64,000 bases of DNA from Bacillota bacterium (lineage in GTDB: Bacteria; Bacillota; Clostridia; Christensenellales; DTU072): assembly GCA_009781445.1 (NCBI GenBank), contig WQYD01000003.1, positions 2,464 to 66,463 on the forward strand, in the 5' to 3' direction. A program made the position numbers and the translations under genes. Of this stretch, positions 8,893-17,030 are shown piece by piece (the stretch's first letter is position 1; the number at the start of each line of letters is the position of its first letter). The notes below the pieces were generated by a model. That model worked only from the letters and a program-made list of their open reading frames with translations, was not told where the DNA came from and searched no databases.

Positions 8893-9747
8893 ATGAAAAA
8901 ACAACGGTTTTTGCAAGCGTTTAGCGCGTATGATTTGATTTTAATCGCGATGCTTACCGCGCTTGCCGTTGCTTTTAAAGTTGTAGTAAAAATGCTTATA
9001 GGACTCATTGCCACACCCCTCGGAATACCGGGGGGTGCTTTGGCAGGCGGATTTTATATGCTTTGGATTCCGCTTACCGTGGCAATAGTGGGAAAGCGCG
9101 GTTCGGCTTTTTTAATGACATTTGTGCAATGCCTTGTGATAATAATCACCGCCATGCCGGGTAGCCACGGTATTTGGACATTTGCCACATACCTGCCACC
9201 TGCTATTTTGGCGGAAGTGGTTATGCTACGCAGAACGCAGGCAAAGCCTGCGAGAGACGAGAGACGAGAGACGAGAGACGAGATAAGGAATGATAACAAT
9301 ATAATTACGAATGACGACTTACGACTTACGAATGATAGAGGTATCAATGAAGATTTCGCAAATCAAAATTCACCACCTCTCGTCTCTCGTCTCTCGTCTC
9401 TCGTCTCTAATCCCTCACAATACACAGTTCTTCACTTCATATTCGCCTGCATTCTTGCAAACCTTGCGGGGACATTCGGAAGTAACCTGCTATTCTTCCG
9501 CCTAGGGTTTGTGCCGTTGTTTTTTGCAATGTCGGCGGGTGCGTTTTCGGGCGCAATGGGCGGTGTGCTTGGGTATTTGGTTTATAAACTTGTGGCAAAA
9601 TCAGGCATTTTTACTGCACACGCAACGCAGTATAAAAATTATAACGAAGAATCGCCAAGTGAATTCTGTGCGCCGAAAGGTGAAACGCCGTGGGAAGAAA
9701 TGAGTCAGCGCACAGCGCATGAAGATATGAAGACGCTACGCTTGTGA
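8893..9747 (+). CDS. Putative ECF-transporter substrate-capture (S) component, carrying an in-frame repeat insertion
   Basis: Polytopic membrane protein (DLILIAMLTALAVAFKVV...) next to ECF A/T genes. Residues encoded by 9253-9408 come from a palindromic element. The C-terminal tail runs into repeat 9705-9958. Confidence 0.45.
   Translation: MKKQRFLQAFSAYDLILIAMLTALAVAFKVVVKMLIGLIATPLGIPGGALAGGFYMLWIPLTVAIVGKRGSAFLMTFVQCLVIIITAMPGSHGIWTFATYLPPAILAEVVMLRRTQAKPARDERRETRDEIRNDNNIITNDDLRLTNDRGINEDFANQNSPPLVSRLSSLVSNPSQYTVLHFIFACILANLAGTFGSNLLFFRLGFVPLFFAMSAGAFSGAMGGVLGYLVYKLVAKSGIFTAHATQYKNYNEESPSEFCAPKGETPWEEMSQRTAHEDMKTLRL
9253..9408. repeat. Family-1 element inserted in frame in a CDS
   Basis: Perfect 30-bp inverted arms, (GAGACGA)x4 at 9253-9282 and (TCGTCTC)x4 at 9379-9408, flank a centre with an ACGACTT array. 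Near-identical copy at 12556-12708. Confidence 0.9.
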
Positions 9748-9958
9748 AGTGCGCCTTTGGCGCGTGAAGACGCTACGCTTGTGAAGACGGCTTCGCCTTA
9801 TTATGGATAATTATATAAACATTCCGCCACGAAAGCAAAGCAACACTTCACAAGTGAACGATAGACGAACGGCTTCACAAGCGTAGCGTCTTCACAAGGC
9901 GAAGCCGTCTTCACTAAACTTCCACCACTATGCCCGTAGCCCAAACACCTATGCCCTA
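9705..9958. repeat. Family-2 element (GTGAAGAC-word type) with GCGCACA and CTATGCC array remnants at its ends
   Basis: Left arm gtgaagacgctacgcttgtgaagacggcttcgcctt is complementary to right arm aaggcgaagccgtcttcacaagcgtagcgtcttcac. The centre is ...cattcc...gcaaagcaaca. Confidence 0.85.
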
Positions 9959-9965
9959 AGAAAAT

Positions 9966-11366
9966 ATGAAAAAACTAACTTTCCTTATCTTCATTTCCCT
10001 ACTCTTCGCCCTGCTGTTTGCTTGTGGTGGTGATTTGGGTGAAAATTTATCCCCTCTTTATATTGAGGTAAACGGCGATATTGTCGGCGTGTCTTTAGCG
10101 GTGGATTTAAATAAGGTTGCAAAGGCGGAATTTAGCACGCAGGACGGAAATCTTAAAGGGCATGAACTTGATAAGATTCTTGCAAAAACTTCCCTAAACT
10201 TTAGCGGTGGCGGAAGCGTAATGATAACCGCTAAGGACGGAACAAGCGCGCTTATTGATTTGGAAAATGCCAAAGGTTGCTTTGTGGTTGAAACTGAAAA
10301 CGGCTTTAACCTCGTTGCGCCCAATCACCCCCGCGTGCTTGGCATTAAGGAAATTAAAGAACTAACGGTGATTTCCAAAAGTAAGGGTGCTGATTTTAAA
10401 ATCCTATACCTTTACGGCGAAGAAAGCTATTCCTTTGGAAATGCGAAAATGCTTTTTTACGAACAAGAAGGGGGCGTGCAAACGCTTAACGGAATAACTG
10501 CACGAAAGTTTACCCCCCTTGCAAAAGCCGTTACCGCGCAGTCTCTTGTGGGTGAAAGCTGTTTTATATATCTTGATAATTTCAATATTGTTAAGAGTGA
10601 TAACAGCAAGGTTTTCTCTTGGGAAAGCGGAAGAGTTTGTTATGACGGCGAAGCGGTTTTCGGCATTGTGGCAGGCGCGGGGGATTTAATTAGTAAAGCG
10701 TTTTATGATATTAAATCCGCACTTGACGGCGGTGAAAAGGTTATTGCTGTGCTACTGGACGGGCTTTCTTTAAACCAAGTGAATATCTTTAATTCTCAGT
10801 TAAGCATTTTAAAAAGCGGTTACTCTGCCACGGCTTCGGTGTATCCTGCGATTTCCAATGTTGCGCTTGCCTCAATTATCACAGGCGCAACCCCTTTTGA
10901 AACGGATATTTACGAAAGAAATGTAAAATTCCCTGCCGTCCCCGATATCTTTGACTATGCAACCGAAACGCTTGGGCTTGAAGCCATTTTCGTGGAAGGA
11001 AATTCCCGCCTTGTGCGCACAAATATAAAGCAGGAATTGCACCCTACAGACGATAACGGATTTACGGATTCAGCCGTGTATCAAACTGCGCGCCAAGCGG
11101 TTATAAATGAGGTTGATTTTGTGTTTGCGCATTTCCACGGAATAGACGATATAAATCATGATTATTCGCCGAACAGTGCCGAAGCCCTTGCAAAAATTAA
11201 AGAAATTGAGGATTATATTGAAAGGCTGATAAGGGGCTTCAGCGGTAAGCTGATAATCATTAGCGATCACGGGCATTCAACCGTGGACGGCAAGGGCGTA
11301 CACGAAGGTGTTTTTGATATTTATAATATGTTCGTACCGTATTACATTTTGGATATAACAGCATGA
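9966..11366 (+). CDS. Lipoprotein with alkaline-phosphatase-superfamily (nucleotide pyrophosphatase/phosphodiesterase-like) domain
   Basis: Lipobox LLFAC. Motifs VLLDGLS, HFHGIDDINHDYSP and IIISDHGHS. The N-terminal domain ends in a SUOX-like motif (NHPRVLGIKEIKELTVI). Confidence 0.6.
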   Translation: MKKLTFLIFISLLFALLFACGGDLGENLSPLYIEVNGDIVGVSLAVDLNKVAKAEFSTQDGNLKGHELDKILAKTSLNFSGGGSVMITAKDGTSALIDLENAKGCFVVETENGFNLVAPNHPRVLGIKEIKELTVISKSKGADFKILYLYGEESYSFGNAKMLFYEQEGGVQTLNGITARKFTPLAKAVTAQSLVGESCFIYLDNFNIVKSDNSKVFSWESGRVCYDGEAVFGIVAGAGDLISKAFYDIKSALDGGEKVIAVLLDGLSLNQVNIFNSQLSILKSGYSATASVYPAISNVALASIITGATPFETDIYERNVKFPAVPDIFDYATETLGLEAIFVEGNSRLVRTNIKQELHPTDDNGFTDSAVYQTARQAVINEVDFVFAHFHGIDDINHDYSPNSAEALAKIKEIEDYIERLIRGFSGKLIIISDHGHSTVDGKGVHEGVFDIYNMFVPYYILDITA

Positions 11367-11920
11367 AAAAACCGATTTCAAAAAATGCGATAATCGCCAT
11401 AGTTCTTATCTTCGTTCTCGCCGTGGCATTCGGGGTGGGGCTTTATTTGATTCTTGATTTTAATAAGGAATTTAAAGAACTTTACGAAAGCGAAAAAATC
11501 CGCATAATATCCAAAGATTTTGTGAAAGATTTTTCTTTTGACGAACTTAAAGAATTAGCAACGCCCAAAACCTTTACCGCAACTTACAAGCCAAACCAAC
11601 GCTTGCCGATAACGCGTGAGTACACGGGCTTTTGCCTTTTGGATATTTTTTCAGCACTTGATATTGAACTAAGCAAAAGTAAGGGCGTTTCATTCATGCC
11701 GTCTGACGGGCGCGAAACGGTTTATAATATAAACGACATACTAACCCCAAACAATGTGTTTATTGCTTTTAAGTGGGACGGAAAGGCTTTCCCCAAAGGC
11801 AATGCGGGCATTTCGCCGTATCCAGACGAAAACGGCGGGCCTTTTGTGGTTATCCGTGCCAAAGATTTAGTAAGCACGAACAGAGTAAAGTGGCTTGTGC
11901 AAATTGAGGTTTTATTTTAA
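11363..11920 (+). CDS. Membrane-anchored protein with SUOX-fold (Moco-domain-like) module
   Basis: N-terminal TM. The C-terminal GGPFVVIRAKDLVSTNRVKWLVQIEV resembles the G.P.R..vP......VKW...IEV motif of YedY/sulfite-oxidase-type domains. ATGA overlap with the upstream gene. Confidence 0.45.
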   Translation: MKKPISKNAIIAIVLIFVLAVAFGVGLYLILDFNKEFKELYESEKIRIISKDFVKDFSFDELKELATPKTFTATYKPNQRLPITREYTGFCLLDIFSALDIELSKSKGVSFMPSDGRETVYNINDILTPNNVFIAFKWDGKAFPKGNAGISPYPDENGGPFVVIRAKDLVSTNRVKWLVQIEVLF

Positions 11921-13350
11921 TGGAAACCGTGCTTGAAATTAAAAATTTAACCTTATCTTACGGCGAAAGGATTTTGTGTGAAAACCTTAATTTTAGCGTG
12001 AACGCAGGCGAAATTGTGGGGGTAAGGGGCGGTAACGGCACAGGAAAATCCACCCTGATAAAGCGGATTTCCGCACTTATGCCCGCAAATTTAAACAGTG
12101 AAGGCAGTGTGCTTTTGTACGGTGCGGAAACGCTTGATTTAAACATTAAGGATAGGTGTACCGCCATTGCCACGATTTTCCAAGAACCCGAAGCACAGCT
12201 TTTTTCCTCTTTCGTGGAAGACGAACTTTCCTTTGCAAACGAAAACCTGCGTGTTCAGCGTGAAGAGATAAGAAAAAGGATAAACGCCGTTTCAGAACTT
12301 ACGGGCATTAGCCATTTAACTGATAGCAAATCCGAAAAGCTATCAGGCGGTGAAAAACAGCTTGTGGCAATAGCCTCTGCTATTTCTTCTTATCCGCGCG
12401 TAATCCTCGCAGACGAAATCACCGCACGGCTTGATTTAGAAGCCCGCACAAGAATAAGAACCCTCTTAAAAGATTTTGCCAAAGCAGGCGGTGCGGTTAT
12501 ATTCGTTCACCACACGGAAGAAGACGGGGGGGTTTGTGATAGGGTTATTGAAATTAGAGACGAGAGACGAGAGACGAGAGACGAGATAAGGAATAATAAT
12601 ATAATTACGAATGACGACTTACGACTTACGAATGATAGAGGTATCAATAATGATTCTATAAATCAAAACTCACCACCTCTCGTCTCTCGTCTCTCGTCTC
12701 TCGTCTCTAATCCCCAACAAACAATCGTCCTCAACAACCTTTCTTTCTCATACCTCAAAACTAAAGCCCTGATAAGCAATTTAAGCATGAGTTTTGAAAG
12801 CGGTAAGTGCTATCTTATTACAGGCAAAAACGGTGCAGGGAAAACTACTCTCGGCAAACTTATTTTGGGGCTTTTAAAGCCTCAAAGCGGAAGTGTGGAA
12901 ATCGGCGGTGAGTGCGTGGCTAAAATGCGGATAGGCAGTGTGGCAAAGAAGATAGGTTATGTGTTTCAGAACCCTGATTTGCAGTTTTTCACAAATTCCG
13001 TTGGGGAAGAATGTGAGTTTAGTTTTAAACTTACAAGCGCATTAACCGATAGTGTAAAAGAAAGAATCAATGATTGTTTAGTTAAGTTTGGGCTACAAGA
13101 CTTTAGAGAACGGAATCCCTTAACGCTGTCTACAGGCGAAAAGCAAAGGCTTGCCCTTGCCATAACTTCTTTAAGCGGTGTTAGTTTTTTATTGCTTGAC
13201 GAACCCACTTCTTCTCTTGATAATGAAGCTAAAAACTTTGTGGTTGATTATATTAAACGCTTTGTGGCGGACGGTGGTGGCGCGATAATTATCACGCATG
13301 ACAGCACGCTTTTAAGCCACTTGCCAGAGGGGGTAATTTATGAAATTTGA
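11920..13350 (+). CDS. ECF/ABC transporter ATPase, fused duplicated NBDs (EcfA-EcfA'), with in-frame repeat insertion in the linker
   Basis: Two Walker A sites (GGNGTGKST, GKNGAGKTT), two signatures (LSGGEKQ, LSTGEKQ) and Walker B motifs (ILADE, LLLDEP). TAATG overlap with the upstream gene. Confidence 0.85.
   Translation: METVLEIKNLTLSYGERILCENLNFSVNAGEIVGVRGGNGTGKSTLIKRISALMPANLNSEGSVLLYGAETLDLNIKDRCTAIATIFQEPEAQLFSSFVEDELSFANENLRVQREEIRKRINAVSELTGISHLTDSKSEKLSGGEKQLVAIASAISSYPRVILADEITARLDLEARTRIRTLLKDFAKAGGAVIFVHHTEEDGGVCDRVIEIRDERRETRDEIRNNNIITNDDLRLTNDRGINNDSINQNSPPLVSRLSSLVSNPQQTIVLNNLSFSYLKTKALISNLSMSFESGKCYLITGKNGAGKTTLGKLILGLLKPQSGSVEIGGECVAKMRIGSVAKKIGYVFQNPDLQFFTNSVGEECEFSFKLTSALTDSVKERINDCLVKFGLQDFRERNPLTLSTGEKQRLALAITSLSGVSFLLLDEPTSSLDNEAKNFVVDYIKRFVADGGGAIIITHDSTLLSHLPEGVIYEI
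12556..12708. repeat. Family-1 element inserted in frame between the two ATPase domains
   Basis: Same 30-bp GAGACGA/TCGTCTC arms as 9253-9408. It differs by one 3-nt indel and a few central substitutions, and is translated in the same frame. Confidence 0.9.
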
Positions 13351-14068
13351 TCCCCGTACAAAGCTATTTATTATCGCAGTTTTAACCGCTGTTTCGGTGT
13401 TTGCGCCAAGCATTTTTTACCTCTTGGGAATCCTATTTGTTACGCTTGTTTTTGATATTATCTTAAAGGTGAATTTTTTAACCGTGCTTAAGCGGTTAAA
13501 GTTTTTATTATCTGCAATCGTGTTTGTGTCCTTAATTCAAAGTTTAACAATTAAGGGCGAACCGCTTATCACAATAAACGGTTTTACCTTAATTAGCTAT
13601 CAAGGCTTAATGCTTGGGCTTGAATTTTTGGTGCGCATGAGTATAATTATATTTGCCTCGGCAATCGCGCTTACCTCAAGCGGTAAGGAAATGACGGACG
13701 CGCTTATTCGGTTAAAGTTTCCTTATGAGGTTGCTTTTATGGTTAGCACGGCAATATCGTTTTTGCCAATGTTCCGTGAGGAATTTTTGCACCGCGTTAC
13801 AGCGGTTAAGCTAAGGGGCATTGATATTAAAAAGCTACCGATAGGCAAAAAATTTAAGGTTTATGCTTTTGTTCTGTCCCCCGCGGTGGTGGGTGGCGCG
13901 ATAAAAAGCCGTGCGCTTGCAGATTCAATGACTGCCAAAGCCTTCCGCGCGCACAGTTCGCGCACAATGCTTAGAGAATTAAAGTTAAAACCGCGTGATT
14001 TTATTGCTATAATATTAGTAGCCTTACTTATGGCAGGGTTCTTTGCAACCCTCATGATTATCGGCTAA
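13340..14068 (+). CDS. ecfT: Energy-coupling factor transporter transmembrane (T) component, CbiQ family
   Basis: 242-aa polytopic protein directly after the double ATPase, with an 11-nt overlap. Typical EcfT size and the coupling-helix region ...ALADSMTAKAFR. Confidence 0.7.
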   Translation: MKFDPRTKLFIIAVLTAVSVFAPSIFYLLGILFVTLVFDIILKVNFLTVLKRLKFLLSAIVFVSLIQSLTIKGEPLITINGFTLISYQGLMLGLEFLVRMSIIIFASAIALTSSGKEMTDALIRLKFPYEVAFMVSTAISFLPMFREEFLHRVTAVKLRGIDIKKLPIGKKFKVYAFVLSPAVVGGAIKSRALADSMTAKAFRAHSSRTMLRELKLKPRDFIAIILVALLMAGFFATLMIIG

Positions 14069-14099
14069 CACGGCAAAAAATGCGGTTATAGGGGGATTT

Positions 14100-14750
14100 A
14101 TGAAAATTTTTAGCGTAACAGGCTTAACGGGTTCGGGAAAAACCACGGTTATTGAAGCTATCATTAGGGAACTTAAATCAAGAGGTTTCAGCGTTGGCAC
14201 GGTTAAAAACATTCACGCGGAAAGTTTTAAAATGGACACTGAGGGAAAAAATACTTGGCGACACCGCAACGCAGGCGCGGATACGGTGGTGGCGCACGCG
14301 CACTATGAAACGGATATTTTATATAATTACCGCCTTCCGCTTCACACTCTTTTAAAGCATTTTACTGAGGATTTTGTGATTCTTGAGGGAATGGGCGAAG
14401 CAAGTGTGGAAAACATTGCCGTGTGCAAAGAGGGTGAAACGCCTCAAATCGGCGATTTAACCGTTGCCGTTAGCGGTAGGTTTGCAAACTCAGGGGTTAA
14501 GGAATTTAAGGGGTTGCCTGTGTTTAACCTAAGTGATATAAAAGCCCTTACGGATTTAATTATAAATAAGGTTTCTTTTGTGCCTGCTAAGGATTTAATT
14601 CATGGCGGAAATGTTGAGGTAAAGGTGAACGGCGAAGTGCTTACCCTTGTGCCGTTTGTGCAAAATATTTTAAAAAATGCGGTTCTTGGGGTAATTAAGG
14701 AACTTAGAGGCTATAACGAAGGCGCAGAAGTTGAGGTTATTTTAAAATGA
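14100..14750 (+). CDS. mobB: MobB-like P-loop protein (molybdopterin-guanine dinucleotide biosynthesis adapter) with C-terminal extension
   Basis: MKIFSVTGLTGSGKTTVIEAIIRELKSRGFSVGTVKNIH...KNTWRHRNAGADTVV matches my recollection of the MobB N-terminal domain. At 216 aa it is longer than typical MobB. Confidence 0.65.
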   Translation: MKIFSVTGLTGSGKTTVIEAIIRELKSRGFSVGTVKNIHAESFKMDTEGKNTWRHRNAGADTVVAHAHYETDILYNYRLPLHTLLKHFTEDFVILEGMGEASVENIAVCKEGETPQIGDLTVAVSGRFANSGVKEFKGLPVFNLSDIKALTDLIINKVSFVPAKDLIHGGNVEVKVNGEVLTLVPFVQNILKNAVLGVIKELRGYNEGAEVEVILK

Positions 14751-15292
14751 AAAACAAGGTAACCTTTAGCGAAAACGGAACGGTTATTAAAGAATTTTTA
14801 ACCTTAAAGGGCTATAAGAAAGAACTTTCCGTGCTTAAAAAAATGAATTGCAACCTTGCCCCAAAAATTATCCGCACGGAAAAAGGCATTATTGAAATGA
14901 GTTTTATAAGCGGTGTAAGCCTTATTGATAAACTTATTGACTTAGAAAAGAACGGCGAATGCCCTGCCCCTACCGCTTCTGCGCTTGCAGAGTTTTTTAA
15001 GGTTTTCCACAGCTTAAATAAATATAAATCATTGGGGGATTTAAATTTTCATAACTTTATTGCCACTGAAAACGGTGAAATTTTCGGTATAGATTACGAA
15101 GAAGTAACGGTGGGAAGTATCTACAGCACTACCGCACGCGCCCTTGCCTTTCTTTATTCGTATAATGATTTATCTGATACAACCAAAGAAACATTTTCCC
15201 AAACCCTTTTATCCGAACTAAAAATCCCCCCCCACCGAATAATTACCCGAATTTTCCGCCATATTATCTTTTTAAAAAAGAGAAGGGGTTGA
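14747..15292 (+). CDS. Small atypical protein-kinase-like protein (Bud32/RIO/Kdo-kinase-like)
   Basis: 181 aa with the pattern ...IIEMSFISGVSL...LGDLNFHNFIATENGEIFGIDYEE (catalytic-loop and DFG-like). ATGA overlap with mobB. Confidence 0.4.
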   Translation: MKNKVTFSENGTVIKEFLTLKGYKKELSVLKKMNCNLAPKIIRTEKGIIEMSFISGVSLIDKLIDLEKNGECPAPTASALAEFFKVFHSLNKYKSLGDLNFHNFIATENGEIFGIDYEEVTVGSIYSTTARALAFLYSYNDLSDTTKETFSQTLLSELKIPPHRIITRIFRHIIFLKKRRG

Positions 15293-15381
15293 AATCTATA
15301 TAAACTTATGGTATAATTTTCCTTAAGGAAACAATGAATAGACAGACGGTATTTATTCAGTGATTCATTAAAGGTGATATA

Positions 15382-16278
15382 ATGAGTTCTTTTTGGGGTA
15401 AAACTTTAAAGCTAAGTATGTTCGGCGAAGTTCAGGGCGACATTGTGGGCGGGACGCTTCATGATTTTCCTATAGATGTTGCTGTTAATTTGGATAGGAT
15501 TAAGCTGGGATTAAAGCTAAGGCAAGGTTCTGTAAATTTTGCAAGCGCGAACAGAGCGGAAGATAGGCCAGAAATTATTTCGGGCATTACCGCAGGCGTA
15601 ACTAACGGCGCGCCGATTACCGTGCAGTTTCAAAATAAACAAAAAACGGATAGGGTTTTCAGCAGTTATTTTTCACCGCGGTTTACGCTTCCAATGGTGT
15701 TTTTCGGAATGCTTGCGTCCGATTATCTTTCCAAACGCGGAATTGAGATTTGTTCTCACATTAAATCCGTGGGTTCAACTGAGGACGATTCTTTACCGCT
15801 TGTGTGCGATCAAGTTTTGTTTGACAGGCTGAACGCAAGCCCCCTTGCCACAATAAATCCAGACGCAAGAAAGCAAATGGTTTCATTGCTTGAAAGCGTG
15901 AAAGCCACAGGGGATTCCGTGGGCGGTACGGTGGAAACGGTGGTTGTGGGCATGCCCGATAGCCTAAAAAGCCCTCTTTTTGACAGCTTGGATGCGCGCA
16001 TTGCAAGGACGGTTTTTCCCATTCCGGGGGTGAAAGCGGTTAGCTTTGATAAACTTATAACCAATTCGGTTGTTATGACAACCACATTCCGCCCCACACC
16101 CACAGTTAAGCAACAGCAAGCCTTTTTGCAACAGCAGGCAGATTCTTCCAAGCACATGGATTTAGATTTAAAGCGCGAACATGTGCCGTGTGCAGGAATA
16201 AGAGGTTCTATTGTGGTAACCTCTGCCGTGGCACTTGCGGTTCTTGACGCACTTCTTGAAAGGGATTTAAGAGTATGA
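15382..16278 (+). CDS. Chorismate-synthase-like protein, short and divergent (possibly non-catalytic)
   Basis: Colinear similarity to AroC (FGEVQG vs FGESHG; GDSVGG; C-terminal ...VPCAGIRGSIVVTSAVALAVLDALL). It is only 298 aa and core motifs are replaced or missing. Confidence 0.5.
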   Translation: MSSFWGKTLKLSMFGEVQGDIVGGTLHDFPIDVAVNLDRIKLGLKLRQGSVNFASANRAEDRPEIISGITAGVTNGAPITVQFQNKQKTDRVFSSYFSPRFTLPMVFFGMLASDYLSKRGIEICSHIKSVGSTEDDSLPLVCDQVLFDRLNASPLATINPDARKQMVSLLESVKATGDSVGGTVETVVVGMPDSLKSPLFDSLDARIARTVFPIPGVKAVSFDKLITNSVVMTTTFRPTPTVKQQQAFLQQQADSSKHMDLDLKREHVPCAGIRGSIVVTSAVALAVLDALLERDLRV

Positions 16279-17030
16279 CGGGTTTACCCTATCTTGCACC
16301 AAAAACCGTGCTTATCACAGGCGCGGGCGGTGGCATAGGTGGCGAGATTGCAAGAGGCTTTGCAAAACTTGGCTACACCTTGGTGCTTGCCTATAACAAT
16401 TCCGAAAAGGAATGCCTTTCACTTTGCGAGGAACTTAAAGGGCAATGCTTAACTTATGCTTTTAAGGCGGATTTAAGCAACGGCGAGGGGATTGATTCCC
16501 TTGTGGATTTTTGCAAAAAAAGCATTGGCTATCCCGAAATTTTAATTAACAACGCAGGGATTTCCTTAATTGCGCCCTTAAATGAAGTTAGCGGTGAAGA
16601 TATTGATTTGCTTTTAAAAACGAACCTTTACGCACCCATAAAGCTAACCAAAGCATTTTATGATAAACTTCTTTTAAACGAACGGGGCTTGGGGCGGATT
16701 ATAAATATTTCAAGCGTGTGGGGAATATCGGGCGGTTCGTGCGAAGCCGTGTATTCCGCGTCCAAAGCTGGGCTTATCGGGTTTACGAAAGCACTTTCTA
16801 AAGAAATAGGGCTTTACGGCACAACGGTAAACTGCATTGCCCCCGGGTACATTGAAACCGCCATGAACAACGCGCTTTCGGAAAGCGAAAAAGAAAATAT
16901 AATTAAAGATATCCCCATGCGCCGTGCAGGCACACCAAAAGACATTGCCGATTCCGTACTATTCCTTGCAAGCGAAAATGCAAAGTATATCACGGGTGAG
17001 GTTTTGAGTGTGAGTGGGGGGTGGAAGTAG
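16275..17030 (+). CDS. SDR-family oxidoreductase (3-oxoacyl-ACP reductase FabG-like)
   Basis: TGAGGGIG, NNAG and YSASK motifs, 251 aa. ATGA overlap with the upstream gene. Confidence 0.8.
   Translation: MTGLPYLAPKTVLITGAGGGIGGEIARGFAKLGYTLVLAYNNSEKECLSLCEELKGQCLTYAFKADLSNGEGIDSLVDFCKKSIGYPEILINNAGISLIAPLNEVSGEDIDLLLKTNLYAPIKLTKAFYDKLLLNERGLGRIINISSVWGISGGSCEAVYSASKAGLIGFTKALSKEIGLYGTTVNCIAPGYIETAMNNALSESEKENIIKDIPMRRAGTPKDIADSVLFLASENAKYITGEVLSVSGGWK

Noticed and set aside
15761-16157. Three overlapping minus-strand ORFs inside the aroC-like gene.
   Set aside because: They are mutually overlapping, Cys/Arg-rich, and antisense to an ORF with recognisable AroC colinearity.
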